Assembly: GCF_009914755.1 (NCBI RefSeq) | Contig: NC_060936.1 | DNA: 64,000 bases | From: the human T2T-CHM13v2.0 reference genome, Homo sapiens | Strand: one strand, 5' to 3' | Shown: in pieces, positions 15,107 through 33,489 of the stretch | Numbering within the stretch: position 1 is the stretch's first letter | How the letters are laid out: each line of letters starts with the position of its first letter | Notes under the pieces: generated by a model | Seen by the model: only the letters and a program-made list of their open reading frames with translations | What the model was told of the DNA's origin: nothing | The model's database searches: none | Position numbers and translations under genes: made by a program

Positions 15107-15841
15107 GTCAGATTCTTTAACAACAAAGCCCAAGACTGGTCTTCAGGGAAGGAGGCAGCTTGTTAATGAGCCAGCCTGGGGACCAGGGTGCAGAGAGACA
15201 AAGCCTCCAGAGAGGGGAAGGAGGGGGAAGCCAGAGGGAAGGACCACAGACAGGGCTTTGGAGAAAGTCCAGGATTAAACCCTGCTGACCACAGGCTCAA
15301 TACCCCTCCTGTCCCCAGAGGCCACAGCCCCCTCTCAGCTTGACTCCCCTGACATGGGTCATCATGTTTCTCCACCTGCAAATGAGTGACCTTCATCATG
15401 ATGGCTTAAAAATAAAAGCAGCCAGCTTGCGCCACTCTCCTCACAGAGCTGAGCCTTTTTATTGTAGGACAGAAAATATATGATTTCTCATTTTACAGGA
15501 TTATGGGCCATTGATGCCCGCTTTCCATATGTTAGGAGCATATAAAAATTTTTGAGGGATGAAAGTGAATAACTTGAGGTCTGCACACAATAAAGTAATG
15601 TTCTTTTTTATTATAAAGCAGTTTGGTTTGAGATGACAAAAAGATGCTGTTAATATTTGGGTGGGCTGCATTTTTATTCCTTTGGTCAAGGACAATGAAA
15701 GACTTACTGGGACTCGGGAAGGTCATTCAACTGCCTTCCCCTGAGGCTTTGTAGCAACTCAAGTAAGAAGCTGGATGAAATGTTCCAGGGCATGATAAGA
15801 CCCTGAGGTTTGTCCTCAAGCTTCCTACTTAGTTAGTTTGT

Positions 15842-16072
15842 GCACACGAATGTGTGCGCACACACAGACACATACACATGCATGCACACACTCACATGAA
15901 CACATGTGCATACACAGGCATACACACATGGACACACGAGCACGGTAAGAGACACACATAGACACATATGCATGCACACACACTTATACACATGAACACA
16001 CAGAAACACACATAGACACATCCATACAATGCACTTAGGAACACACATCCACACACACACAGATACACACAC
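15842..16072. repeat. Degenerate (CA)-rich simple repeat
   Basis: Interrupted CA/TA alternation. Confidence 0.9.
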
Positions 16073-16602
16073 AGCTTCCTCTCCCCACCACACCTCCCCA
16101 GGTCTCACAAAATAGATGTGATCAGTCTGCAGGGATACGGCATTCCACCTTGGGTCTATTACCATGGACTACAGCTAAAATTTGGACTCCCTGGGACCCA
16201 ATGCTGTTTTTCTATTGATCGTGTGGACTTCTTAATGAAAGGCTCAAATCAGATGAAATCCCTAGATCCTAACAAATAATAATACTGTTCCCACCTTGCC
16301 TTCCTTCCTGGGGTCCTGTCCTCTAGGAAACTGTGGCAGGCCAAGGACCCTGGCCATGTGGGTGGGGTCTGTGGAGGACAAAGCATTAGGGAAAGGCAGC
16401 TATTGCCTAAGCCCGTGGGTACTGGGGAGGCTGCCCCCCAATCCCCCCACAGAGAAGGCACCTGTTCCACCTCCCAGCAGGGCAGTCAGGCTGGAGATAG
16501 ATTCCTTCAGCTTCGTAGGGCAATTAATGACAGCTCGTGACTGCTTTTCCTTATCCATCAGGATCTCTTCTGCCATGGTAGGGCTCTTAACATACTTGGC
16601 CC

Positions 16603-17185
16603 TTTTTTTTTTTCAGATGAAATTAAATAAAATAATATTAACCATTTTAAAGTGAACAATTCAGCGGCACTTGGGACATTCACAGTAGTGTGCAATCACC
16701 ACCTCTGCCTGGTTTCAAAACCTTTTCATTACCTCATGAAGCAGTCTCTCCCCATTCCCTCACCCCTGACAACCGCCAATCTAATTCCCGTCTCTGCGGA
16801 TTTAATGCTTCTGGATGGTCCAAGTAAATGAAGTCATATAGCATGTATCCTTTTCTGACTGGCTTCTTTCCCTCAGGTTAAAGTTTTCAAGGCTCATCCA
16901 CGTTGTAGCTCATGTCGATCATTCATTCTTTTTCATGGCCGAGTAATATTGCACTGTACGGACCTGTCACGTTTTGTTTATTCATTCAACCATTGATGGA
17001 CATTTGGGCTGTTTTCACCTTTTTGACTATCATGAATAGAGCTGCTATGAATATTCATGTACGAGTTTTTATGTGAACATTTGTTTTCCATATTTTGGTG
17101 GGGAGGGAATCTGGGAGTAAAATTCTAGGTCAAAGTATAGTTTTGTTCAGTTTTTTGAGGATCTGCTAAACTGTTTTGGTCTTTT
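16603..17185 (-). mobile_element. L1MB 3' end
   Basis: taaccattttaaagtgaacaattcag and ttgatggacatttgggctgttt motifs. Confidence 0.9.
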
Positions 17186-17194
17186 TTAATTTAA

Positions 17195-17515
<321 letters not shown>

Positions 17516-18129
17516 TAAATTTCTTTATAGTTAAATATAACACAAATACAGAATGCCAAAAAATTGATAAATTGTTAATTTATTATTAAATTAACAATTA
17601 TATAAATTATAATTTATTAATAATTAACCATGTATATAAATTATAAATAATAGATTATTATAAGATGAATACCCTGGCAACTACTGCCATACCACTCACA
17701 CAGAAACCCTCTTTGTGCACCCACACACACAGTTATTCTACCTGCCCCTAAGAGTAGCCATCATCCTTATTTTTATACATCTTTTAAAAAATAAACACTG
17801 TAACTTCGTAATCTTCTCATTGTTGAACATAAAGTTGATTTTATTCAATAGCTGCCTACCATTACATTATGTGGCTGAGCCATCGCCTCTTTGACCAGTT
17901 TCTGTAGTTAAACATTGGGGTTGTGTCTGGTGCTTTGCTGTGACCTTCAGGTAACTCTCCAGCCCTCTAAGAGCTTTATTCTTCTGTGAAATGAGGGATG
18001 GGGGATGTGAGGGTTAGCATCTGGCCACCTGTAAAGCACCCTGAAAATATAGGTTCTAGGGCTAAACCCGATCAAACCCTAGGTGCTCAGGGAACACACG
18101 TGCTGGACAGCCACAGCGGTCACTCCACC

Positions 18130-19268
<1,139 letters not shown>

Positions 19269-19775
19269 TGATTCCATACCAGGCAAGTACAGAGGGGAGT
19301 CCCCTCCAACAAGGAGAAGCACATTCAGAATTCCTGCATTATCCTCCAGCTCCAAGTGGCTCGAACAGTAGGAAAAATGCATTGCTGTCTAGGAAAGAAG
19401 ACCTGAAGTTTGCAGGATTCCTGACTCAGCCAGCCAGCAATGCCACTGAGGAAGCAGCCCTTCCCTCTTTCTGCTCTGCTGCTGTTCGAGCATGGATTCC
19501 CCTCTGGAATCTCCCTTCCTGGTCTCAGGATGGCAGCCAAGGTCTCAGGCATCACTGATGGGTCTGACTGAAAGGAGGGACTGTTCATTCCTGTGCTTCA
19601 CTCTTTAAAAAAAAATAGGAGCATTTCTCAGGTGCCTCCAAGCAGCCTCATGTGTCCCCCTTCGGCTGGAATCATTTCACACTCTACTTCCTCAACCCGT
19701 CCCTGGTGATTAAAATGAGATTCCTATGACTGGCTTAGGGAAGCACATGACTCCGGAGAGGGGGCTGAGCATTAA

Positions 19776-20144
<369 letters not shown>

Positions 20145-21003
20145 TGATTTTAGGTGGGTTCCTTCAGGAGCTGTGAGGAGAGATGAGAGAAGGCTTCATG
20201 CAGGTGGTAGCTGAGCTGGTCCCTGAATAATGAGCCTAATGCAGATGAAAGGTCCTGGGAGAACTATTTAGTGGTGAGTTCTGTTGACACTGTTAAGGCT
20301 AAAAACTCCTAAACCTTTCTTCCCCACTTGCGGCCTCCAATAGTTTTTCCTGACCGACATCTCAAGATGTTTGCCTGTGGTCAGCATTTTACCCACCTTG
20401 ATCAGATGTCCACAGACTACCGCACTGTTTAACTTAAGTACCCAAACAGTGACACTTTCTTATCTATGAACGTCTTTAGCAGGACTGGGGACTGTGTGAA
20501 TCTGATTGAATTGTCCATCAGCCTTGAGCTTAACCTTAGCAGTAACAACCAGCTCCCAGGGAGAGAAATCGATCAAGAGATAATTAAGGATCATGTAGTA
20601 TTGGAAAAATAATTATTGGGGGAGGAGGGCCCCAGACAGTAGTTCTCAGAAGTGACAGTGGCCAAGTAACTCATCGGCAAACAAAGAGCAGAAGGTTGCT
20701 CCCTGGGAAGAAAGAAAATGATGCGGTAATGACAATGGAAGAAATTAGACATTGGAAATGGAGTTGTCATTGTCATGGGAAAGAAATCGCCCCTCTTCAC
20801 CGATGCGCTGGAAACCTCAGGGCTTCCCCCGCTGTAAGAATAGTAGAGTGGGGTTGGCCTAAGAGAGGGTTGAATTTAGAAATAGCTGGTATTTGGAGGA
20901 AAAGAAAATCCACTGTATGCTAAGTGCATTTCACATGGAATCCAGATAGCAGCTGAGCCCCACTGTCCTTCAGAGAAAAAGATTAAATTCGACCTCAATC
21001 CTA

Positions 21004-21310
<307 letters not shown>

Positions 21311-21683
21311 CTATTTTATAACCATAAAATTTTACCCACACTTTTTGTAAGTTCCCCATGTTTTGCTCTCGTGTGGTGTGTCCATGTTGGATACTTGGGG
21401 TATACCCTGATACCCCAGACATTTGAAACTCTGGCCCTTTGCTAGAGAAACCCATTCAAGGTGAACCCCTTGGATTTCACAGATGTTGCTGAATATGATG
21501 AAGAACACCAGGAGGGGCCGCTCGTAGAGCACAGGCGAGAACAGACTATGCTGTGGGGGTGAACCCCTGACCTTGGAGTCTTCAGGCGGCTCACACTCTC
21601 ACGCAGTGCAAGACAGGAAGTCCTGCTTATGGCTGCGCTGTATAGAGCATGTGGTCTCCACAATCATCACAGCAGAATGTGAG

Positions 21684-22175
21684 TGTGGTCAGCTCGCGAT
21701 GGCCCCCAGGGATGTTGTCCTCTAAGTCCTGGAACCTGCGGACAGGTTACCTTACATGGAAAAAAAAAAGGGGGGCTTTGCAGGTGTGATTGGGTTAATG
21801 GACAATGTTGGTGAGATTATCCTGCATTATCCAAGGCAAGGGACGCGGGAGGACCTAGTCACAAGGGAACTCACACATGGGAGGCAGAGAGATGAACGGC
21901 ACAGCAGAGAGTCAGAGAGGAGATGGAGCGTGGAAGCAGAGGTGGCATGAGCCCGGGAATGCCAGCAGCTGCTAGAAGCTGGAAGAGGGAATGACAGAGC
22001 CTCCTCTGGAACCTCCAGGAGAAACCAGCCCTGCTGACATCATGGCTTTTGTCCTGTGCGTTAGTTTCCTAGGGCTGCCAGAACAAATTATCACAAACTG
22101 AGCGGCTTAAATGACAGAAGTCCGTGGCCTCATGGTTCCAGAAGCCAGAAGCCCAAAATCAAGGCTTCGCTGAGG
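21684..22175. mobile_element. MLT1D (+) joined tail-to-tail with an MLT1B/C fragment (-)
   Basis: gagattatcctgcattatcc and ctagaagctggaag, then ttagtttcctagggctgcc. Confidence 0.7.
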
Positions 22176-22708
22176 CGTGATCCAGCTTCTCAGCATCTTC
22201 CCTTTCCCCACTCAGGATAGCTGGAAACGGTCGCTCCTCCTCCTAAACAGGGAAGAAATGCAGAGAAAGCTCCAAGCAGAGGGAAATCCCACCCAAAAGG
22301 AAATGTGTGATTCAGACCCAGGAAGTGGCGAGGGCTGTGTTGACACTTGGTGCCTCAGTTTCCCCTCTGAAAATGTGTATTATAATAACAGGCTGTATCT
22401 CATGGGGTTGACAGGAGGATTCAGTGAGTTAGCCCATGGTAAAGGGTTTAGTGCCTGGTGAGCATCCAACAAGCAAGTGCTTTGATCGTCTGCATAGGGA
22501 TGTTATTTGGAGCATCCCTGTGTGGCCAGTGCTGGGCTGGGCACTGCGGGGACAGACGTGAGCAGAGCCAGACTCTGCCCTCAGGCTTCTCGCCCTCCAG
22601 GTTAGGGGAGGAGGTAGAACCACCACCGCACCTCCACACGAGCTGCCCATGCCTGGCTTGAGGCTCAGCCAGGGCTTATCCTGGAGAGTTCTGTAGAAAT
22701 GAACCCCA

Positions 22709-23074
<366 letters not shown>

Positions 23075-23329
23075 TTAAAGCTTGAGTGATGGTTTCAATC
23101 ATTTCTCACTTTAGCTAACCTCATCTTGCAAATCCTCAGTGTACAACCAACCTGAAGAATCTGATTTGGGCAGAAATAACTCCATTTCAAAGATGTTTGG
23201 GATTCAGGCTCTGAAGGCAGCAGAGCTGTGGCTCTGGATGTGTCCAGATGCCACTCTGTGGGCTGCCACCTTCAGTGGAGGAGGGGGCAGCGCTGGCAGA
23301 CAGGGCCCAGGTGAACCAGTGAATACACA

Positions 23330-24800
23330 TGCGTGCAAGTGTCACCCGCCCCTTGCTGTGTGTCCACGGACAGGCCACTCAGACTCCCAGAGGCTTAGTG
23401 CTTCCTCCTGTAAAGTGGGCCCCTGGTGGGACCCATTCCATGCTGCTGTTGCAGGATTTACAGAAGATCCCTGACATGGAGTAAACTCAGCAGAGTCGCC
23501 GTTATTGGGTGGAAGTGTCAAGGAGAAGGGGGCTTGGCTGAGCATTCCAGAAGTACAACAGTCCATATGCATAGCGTGAGAGGTCATGGCTGCCGTAAGA
23601 CAGGGCACTGTGAGCTCTAAAAGAAAGGCCGGAGCTTATGGGCTGCCTTGACCTCCGGGGAAACTGCGGGGGAAATGGCCTAACTGCAAGCTCCCCTTCC
23701 CACTCTGCTCCCACAGATCAGGCCCCCCAGCCACTCCACCCTCCTTACCATGGACACCAGGCACGATGCCTGCCCGTCCCTTAGCCCTGGGCTTTGTTCC
23801 GTTCCCTGCCCCCATGGAATTACGGAAACAATGACACCCTCCTGTGGGAACCAGGGGACCCACACCTTCTTGTCACTATAGAGCTGGCCCCCAATCCCTG
23901 CCGGCACAGTCTGCTTCCAACGACAACCTCCATGTGGCCCCATGTGGCATGTGATGCCCTCTCGCCTGCGGGGAGTACAAGTGGCCAACAAACCATTGTT
24001 TATCTCATCCATCTTGTGCCAGGTGTCACGTTTGCTATCCTTATACCCAAGGGTGGCAGTTCCCTCACCCATGGGGTGAATAGCAGGTGATCAAAGGAGA
24101 CAGGAATGGAATCTAGGTTCACATGAACCTGGGTCTGCACCCTAGCCCTGCTACCAGCTGCATGTCCCTGAGCAAGTCACCCACCTTCTCAGAACCTCAG
24201 TTTCCCCATCCTTAATGTGGAGAAAATAATGCCCAAGCCTTATGACAGGAATACACATGCACTAATCCATGCATAACCACGCAGGAGAGGCATGGAACCA
24301 CACACACTACATGGAATGGAACACTTAAAATGGGTTATATGTAGATTACATCTCAGTAAAGTTGATTTTACAAAAACACACAGAAAGAGCTGGGTGCGGT
24401 GGCATGTACTTGTAATCCCAGCCACCAGAAAGGCCAGGGTGGGAGGATCACTTGAGCCCAGGATTTCAAGACCAGCCTGGGCAATATAGTGAGACCCTGT
24501 CTCCAAATACAAGCAGAGAAGATGAGTCCTTCTACAGGTGATGGCTGGGTGTGGAATCCCTCTCTCTCTCTAGTGCCTAAGGAAATCTGCTCTGGAATCT
24601 GACGGCTCAGTTCAAAACCCGGGCTGCCCCCTCATCAGCTTTGCTACCTTCAGAAAGCTGCTGCACCCACCTGTGCCTCAGTTTCTCTATCCCTAACTAG
24701 GGGATATTAACAAGTCTTTTCCCATTGGGCTGCTATGATGATGAGACGAGACGACACGCCAAGTGCTTTCCACGGCGCTGGGAACACACGGGTTTTGTAA
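23330..24800. mobile_element. Several MIR fragments plus a FLAM (24388-24512)
   Basis: MIR core cctcagtttcc-type motifs near 23390, 24195 and 24675, and a monomeric Alu. Confidence 0.6.
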
Positions 24801-25065
24801 ATAACCGCAAGCTCACAACATCTCCCTCTGAGGGATGCCCAAGCCCCCCATGCTCCCCAAGCCTTCAGCCAGAAAAGGGGGACACTGTGCTCAAGGTGCC
24901 CCACCTTCCTGAGGGCTCCTGCCTGAACATCTTGTTTTAACAACTATGTGGTGAGCTCCTACTGTGTGCACGGCACGAGGGGAGAGGAAAGAAGCGGTGA
25001 GCAGAGACAAGCACTGCTCCAGAAGGTCCAGTGGGGTGGGGTGGAGCACGGAGATGACAGTTAAT

Positions 25066-25392
25066 TAGAAAGAAAGCTGGGGGTGGGAGGGATGAAGGGA
25101 AAGGAAAGAACAAAAGAAAAAGGGAAAAGATGAAGGAAAGAAAAACAAAGGGAAGAGAGAGCAAGAGAAAAGAGAGAGGGAATGGATAGAGAGAAGGAAA
25201 TAAAGAAAAGAAAGATAAAGAAATAGGGGAAGGAAGGAAAGAAGGAAGAAGAGAGGGAGAAGGAATGAAGAGAGAGGGATAAAAGAGAAAGAGAACAGAA
25301 AGAAAAGGAAAGAAAGGGAAAGGAAAGGAAAGGAGAAAGGAGGGAGAGAGGCAGGCAGGGGGGAGGGAGGGAGGAAGGAAAGGGAAGAGAAT
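25066..25392. repeat. GA-rich polypurine low-complexity tract
   Basis: About 325 bp almost entirely A/G on the plus strand. Confidence 0.95.
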
Positions 25393-26481
25393 GAGTTGCT
25401 TTGTGTTAGAGGCAAGGTCTTTCATGAAATTCTGAGCAGGGCTCAGGAGGGAGCCTAGAGTTTGCGGGTGGGTCTCAGACTAAAAGATTAACCTGCTCCA
25501 AGGTGTACAATCTTATTTGAGTGTGGACCTCTGTCTCCAGATTGAAATCATCAAAGCTGTCTTCACCACAGCAATAATCTGTTTACAAACCTGTAGACAT
25601 GTCCCTCGGCTCAGAATTCATTAAAGAGCAGTGGTTCTGCTGACACGGGCCGTCCCCCGGGATGCAGCGGCCAGTCTCAGAATGAGAGGGATGGCTCCGT
25701 CTCCACCTCACCCCAGACTCTCCCCACCGCCCCGCGCTGCCTCAACTAAATCAAACCACTACTTTTCTCTGGTTGTCTTCTCAAGATGGGGAATCTGCCA
25801 CTAACAGCTGTGCTTGCAAACCAGCTTTCTTTGGAAGAAACTAAGATGGATAGCTGTAAACTGGTTGTAAAATTGCTTAGCCACAGAGAGGGCTGAAGCA
25901 AAGCCGTGTGTCCAGGATGCATCCAGATCACTGAAAGAAAGACCAGGCCATGGGGAGTCCCAGGAAGAATAAATTCGTGAAGTGAAAAGAAAGAAATGCC
26001 TCTCTTCGTTTGTTTTTCTAATATTTCTTTTCAATTTGTCGAATACAAACAGTTCGGGTTTTGCAAGACAGACAATTTTCTCCTTCTTCCCGAGTTTCCT
26101 CCTGGGCTTCTAATGTAAGGATGTCTAACTCCGGGACAGAAAGCAAGGAAGGAAGCACCCGTTCTCTCCCCGCCCTCCTCACGCGCCCTCTGCGGAGGAC
26201 TCCCCTGCGGCTGCTTGGGTAAATGGGTCTGAGCTGCAGAGCCGTACTACTCTGACGAGGGTCTGTCAGAGAATTCCATTTGAGGGAAGGAAGTAGGAAG
26301 CCCACTTGGCCATGGACTACCTTCCTAAGTCCACACTCTCAAATCCACCAGTAGGGTGAAACGGTCGCTAAATTAACAAATCCTATCACACCTTATGTGC
26401 TATGTGCAAGGTGGTAAGTGCTATGGAGAAAAATCAGGGAAAAAAAAGCAGCTAGCTTCAGTGCAGGGACAAAGAGGTTGC

Positions 26482-26927
26482 ATTTTTTTTCTTTTTCTTC
26501 GTCTTTGTTTCTTTTTAAACAGAGACAAGGTCTTGCTCTGACCCCCAGGCTGGAGTACAGTGGTGTGATCATAGCTCACTGCAGCTTTGACCTCCGGGCT
26601 CAGGCCATCCTCCTACCACAGCTCCTGAGTAGGGGAGACTACAGGTGTGCACCACCGCATCCAGCTATTTTTTAAATTTTGGGTAGAGATGGGGTTCTCA
26701 CTTAGTTGCCCAGGCTGGTCTCAAACTCCTGGGCTCCAATAATCCTCCCACCTCAGTCTCCTGAGTAGCTGGGACTACAGGTGCATGCCAGCGCACCTGG
26801 CTAATTTGTACATTTTGTATACAGATGGGCTCTGACTATGTTGCCCAGAACTCCTGGGCTCAGGTGATCCTCCCACTTTGGCCTCCCAAAGTGCTGGAAC
26901 TGCAGGAGTGAGCTGCCGCACTCGGCC
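26482..26927 (-). mobile_element. Three-armed AluJ-type composite
   Basis: Three consecutive Alu monomers separated by T-rich linkers. Confidence 0.85.
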
Positions 26928-27029
26928 ATCGCAGTGCTTCCTGCACATGTGCCATCCGAGGTGGAGGAAACGTGACATGGAACGGACACTGGTGATGCTT
27001 GCCACCGTCAGTGTCTTCTCCTTCCTCAT

Positions 27030-27450
27030 TGTCTCAGTCACCTGTTGCTGCATAACAAATCATCCCAAACTTCAGTGGCCTCAGACAACCATTTAATATG
27101 ATCATATCTCATGTGTCTGTAGGTCAGTACTTCAAACAAGGCCCCGCTGAGATGGCTTAGACGGTGGGGGCAGAACCTGCTGGGTCTAACCGAGCATCTC
27201 CCACTCCCTCAGCTTCCTTACAACATGGCAACCACAGAGCAGTTGGGCTTATTCTATGGAGGTTTAGGGCTCCAACAAGGTCAAGCCAGGGGCTGTCTTT
27301 CCTGTTCATGCTGAACTCAGAAAAAGCAGTGCCTTCCTTCCACTGTACCCCACTGGTCAACACAAACACAGGCCAGCCCAGACCCAAGGTGAAGGGAGAC
27401 AGTTCCCTTGCAATGGAAGTGTCAAAAGATTTGCCACCATCTTTCATCTG
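27030..27450 (-). mobile_element. MLT1I/J-like LTR
   Basis: tgttgctgcataacaaatcatcccaaacttcagtggc motif. Confidence 0.65.
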
Positions 27451-27517
27451 CCACACATGCATACAAATAGATGGCACGTTCTGGCTCCCTTGCAATGAGG
27501 TGTGGCCATGGGGCTGA

Positions 27518-27775
<258 letters not shown>

Positions 27776-27779
27776 CTGT

Positions 27780-28228
27780 CCTCCCAACACTTACCACATC
27801 CCCTTTCCTCACTAAACCACATTGGCCTTCTTTGTATCCTTCAAACAGACCTGATAGAAGATCTTTGTTCTTCTATCTGCCTGGTGGACTCTTCCCCCAA
27901 GGAAGGGCAAATGGGGGCCTGTTTTGTGGGTTCTAGACATTTCTCAGCTCCCATTCCCCTCTCCTCTGAAGCTTCCCCAAATCTAAGGGAGTCGCTCCTC
28001 CACTACCATCGTGGCGCCTTTTTAGGCTCCCATGCAGCACTAATCTCTCTGTGACATTGTCTCGTTTTACCTCTTTCCTGGTTCATTGTCTCTCCAGCTC
28101 CCCTCCCTCAGCCGCCAACTAGATTTTAAGCTCCATGAAAGCAGAATTGGAAACTGTGTTCTTTCCCGCACCTTCCACAGTGCCTGGCATATCACAAGAG
28201 CTGGACAAATATTTATTGAATGAATAAA
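27780..28228 (+). mobile_element. L2 3' end
   Basis: aagctccatgaaagcag..acagtgcctggcata..aatatttattgaatgaat. Confidence 0.75.
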
Positions 28229-29010
28229 GGTTATGCAAATTTATCTGCGCTCAAATGTCTTCTTTGGTTTCCTGAAATGGATACTCCTGACCCCTAGCAT
28301 TGTGTATAAACAATAGAGGTTACAATATCCACATCATATAGTCGTAAGAGTTAAACACACTCTTGCCTGTAAAAGTCTTGCACCAATGAGGTACTCACGA
28401 ATGCTGGCAGCCCTGCTGCAGCCCGTCCTCTGTCAGCACTGGAGGTTTTGTGTGTATGTTGCTTTGTCACTTCTCTGAGAGCAACTTTGCCTGCTGAGGC
28501 TTTTCCTCTGATTATTCAATTTTCTTCCCAATTTATTCAAAGCCACCTGAATGGTAAAGGCTGGTCCCAGAGGTGTATAAGCCCCTCATGCGTATTTGAA
28601 ATTTGTCCAGCCTCATCTCCCAGGCTTTGGTACCTCTGTGAATTGCCAGTCTGACAAAGAAGTCCTCCAGATGAAGCACATTCTCTCTCTGTCTCTCTGT
28701 TTTCACTCAATGCACTTCAACAAAATATTTGCTCTCTTTTCCAGGAGCTTCCTTAGTCTGAAGTGATTGGAAAGAAGGTTGTTCTAGCATCTACTGCTTC
28801 TAGAGAGAGTCAATATTTAGGCTAGACGAAAACAAAATACAACAACGCAGCCACAATGCACCCACTGCTCTGGGGAGAGGGAACATCCCTTTGCTGGACC
28901 GAAACATTCTGGTGCTGGAGAGAGGCAAGTCGCTGGCAGGAACTTTAAGGCCTGAAGCAGCCCAGGACCTGCAGTCAAAGTCTTGGCCTGATTTTTAAAA
29001 AGGGAAAAAA

Positions 29011-29692
<682 letters not shown>

Positions 29693-29965
29693 ATGTTTCA
29701 GTTAGATAGGAGGATAGGAGGAATAAGTTCAAGAGATCTGCTGTACAACATGTGACTAGAGTTAACAATGTATTATATTCTTGAAAATTACTGAGAGATT
29801 TTGTGTTCTCACCACAAAAATGCTAAGTACGTGAAGTCAAGGTCATGCATATGTTAATTGCCCAATTTGCCAGTGACTGAAGACTCCGATTCCATTTCAC
29901 AATGTTTACATATTTCAAAACATCATGTTGTTACACAATAACTATATACAATGTTTGTTCTTTGA
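29693..29965 (+). mobile_element. L1MA 3' end
   Basis: ttagataggagg..aataagttcaagagatct..gtgttctcaccacaaaaa. Confidence 0.85.
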
Positions 29966-30077
29966 AATTAATTATGTTACAAACCCTTACAGAGGAGATC
30001 TTAGTTGGTTTGATTGAGGTGCATACACGGTTCATAATTGTGTCCAATCGAGTTGCAATGGTCTAGCAAGTAAAAGC

Positions 30078-30625
30078 TGTGACAGACCGACTTCTAAGGT
30101 GGACCCCAATGGCTCCCACTCCCCGTGTCCACACCCTTGTACCATTCACTCCTCTTGATTATGGGCTGGATGGAGTGACTTGCTTCTAATAATCAAATCT
30201 AGCAAAAGTGATGGGATATGACTTCTGAAGTCGGTTACAGTCAGTCTCTGGCTTCCATGTTGCACAGGCTCTCTCACTACTTCTTGGGGTATCTCTTTCC
30301 AATCTCTCGCTCTGGGGAAAGCAAGCCGCCATGTTGTGAATACCCTATGGAGGAGTCGGAGTCTTCAGTCACCGGCCAGCGAGACTGTGTGTCCTACCAA
30401 CAGCTCTGTGAGTGAGCTTGAAAGCGGATCCTCCCCGCCACTGAACCTGGTGGCAGACTCAGCCAACAACATCTCGATTGCCACCTATGAGAGACGCTAA
30501 GCCAGAGAACCCAGCTGAGCTCTCTGGATTCCTGACCCACAGAAACTGTGATATAATGAATGCCTATTGTTTTAAGCTGCTAAATTTGGGAGTAATTTGT
30601 TACACAATAATAGATAACAAATAGA
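30078..30625 (+). mobile_element. MLT1E/F LTR
   Basis: tgtgacagaccgacttctaaggtgg start and ttaagctgctaaatttgggagtaatttgttac..aatagataac end. TSD approximately AAAGC. Confidence 0.85.
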
Positions 30626-30660
30626 AAGCTCTAGCCATAAAAGATATATTTCTCTTCTAA

Positions 30661-30843
<183 letters not shown>

Positions 30844-31729
30844 TAAGTGGGCCGCAAAATGTTTCAATAAAGTTGAGGTGGATACAAAAAAATTGTCAAA
30901 ACAGTGATCAGTTTCTGTTTGGTGCTATGATTCAATCAGGTTTGAGAAGTATTTGAGTCTTTGAAGAGCTACTTTGTAAATCCACCTAAGTGTCCTACAA
31001 TGATAGAGAACTGTTTTGTAAAAGCTTGAGATTAGAATTGCATTCTGCTCACAATCAGATGGAAATCTTTCATCAGAGTATTCAGACAATGACACATCAC
31101 AAACCTTAGCTTTTTGGAGCTTTTAGCAAATAACAATCCTTGAGAAAAAAAAAAAAGCTGCAAAGCAAAAAAACATTGAATTTTATCCCTGTGGAAGGAC
31201 GGGAGGAACAAAACAAATTGAATGATAAGAGTGTAAAACTGCAGCGAGATCTCATTTTGAAATCATGGGATTGTGTTTTGAAATATCCTGACCTGGAGGA
31301 AGAATCTTTTGAAAGAGTTCCTATATTTAATTAGATAAATTTCTATTCTGTGTCAGAATGAAGTATAAATGAGAAAGCTTACCATTCAGAAGCTGGATCT
31401 AAATTTGGTAAAATGTATCAAGAAACCTTAAATAGAGGTAATTTGTTTGATAGGTTTTGTATTGTAAAAATATTTGTCCGAGAAAGGTTCCCTGAATAGA
31501 GGCAAAAAGAAGTTTGCCTGTGAAAATATTTGGGCTGAATATTTTATTATTAATTTAAATATTTTAAAAGTTAGTGAAAGAAATTTTATGTAGCAGCTCT
31601 TGTTCTGAGCTTATATTAGACAGATTACATTGAAAAAATGTATTCTCTAGAAAAATAACACTGGTATAGTATTAGAGACACGCATGACTCAGAAAATAAT
31701 GAAAGAGTGTGAATCTGCAGTAAGCATAA

Positions 31730-32384
<655 letters not shown>

Positions 32385-32777
32385 TAACATAAAGAATTTA
32401 ACATTCTTTTCCATAATGTACACAGGTATGATTTTTTTAGAATAGTTTTTCAAACATTATGTTTTTTAAAACAGTTTTTAATAGACTTTATAGGCCCATC
32501 AATATAATAAAACTAATTTGTCACACCATAAAAATATTTCTTAAGGTATAGATTCTTAAGGTATAGTGTTATTATTTATTTATTTTTAACTGACAGATAC
32601 TAATTGTATGTATTTATGGAGTACCATGTGTCGTTTTGATATATTTTTTAAACTCCCATTCTCAAAGGTGTTTTGCTTTGGACAGTAGGTAATGCCATCA
32701 TCCTATTCCTGGGGAGAGGAACAGAGATCCCATCCTCTCCAGAAGCAGGAGAAACACAGCTAAGTGTTCCCTGTTAG

Positions 32778-33125
<348 letters not shown>

Positions 33126-33140
33126 TCAAAGCAAATCTTA

Positions 33141-33489
<349 letters not shown>

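Noticed and set aside
14830-15166. Hydrophobic (FLSF)n and charged (ERKK)n ORFs, also at 24937-25425
   Set aside because: Translations of simple repeats.
21396-21568. 8-bp hairpin TGGGGTAT/ATACCCCA, and an 11-bp direct repeat GGTGAACCCCT (21460, 21558) around a coding-looking 87 bp
   Set aside because: Too short to distinguish from chance; no poly(A) tail or recognisable source for a retrocopy.
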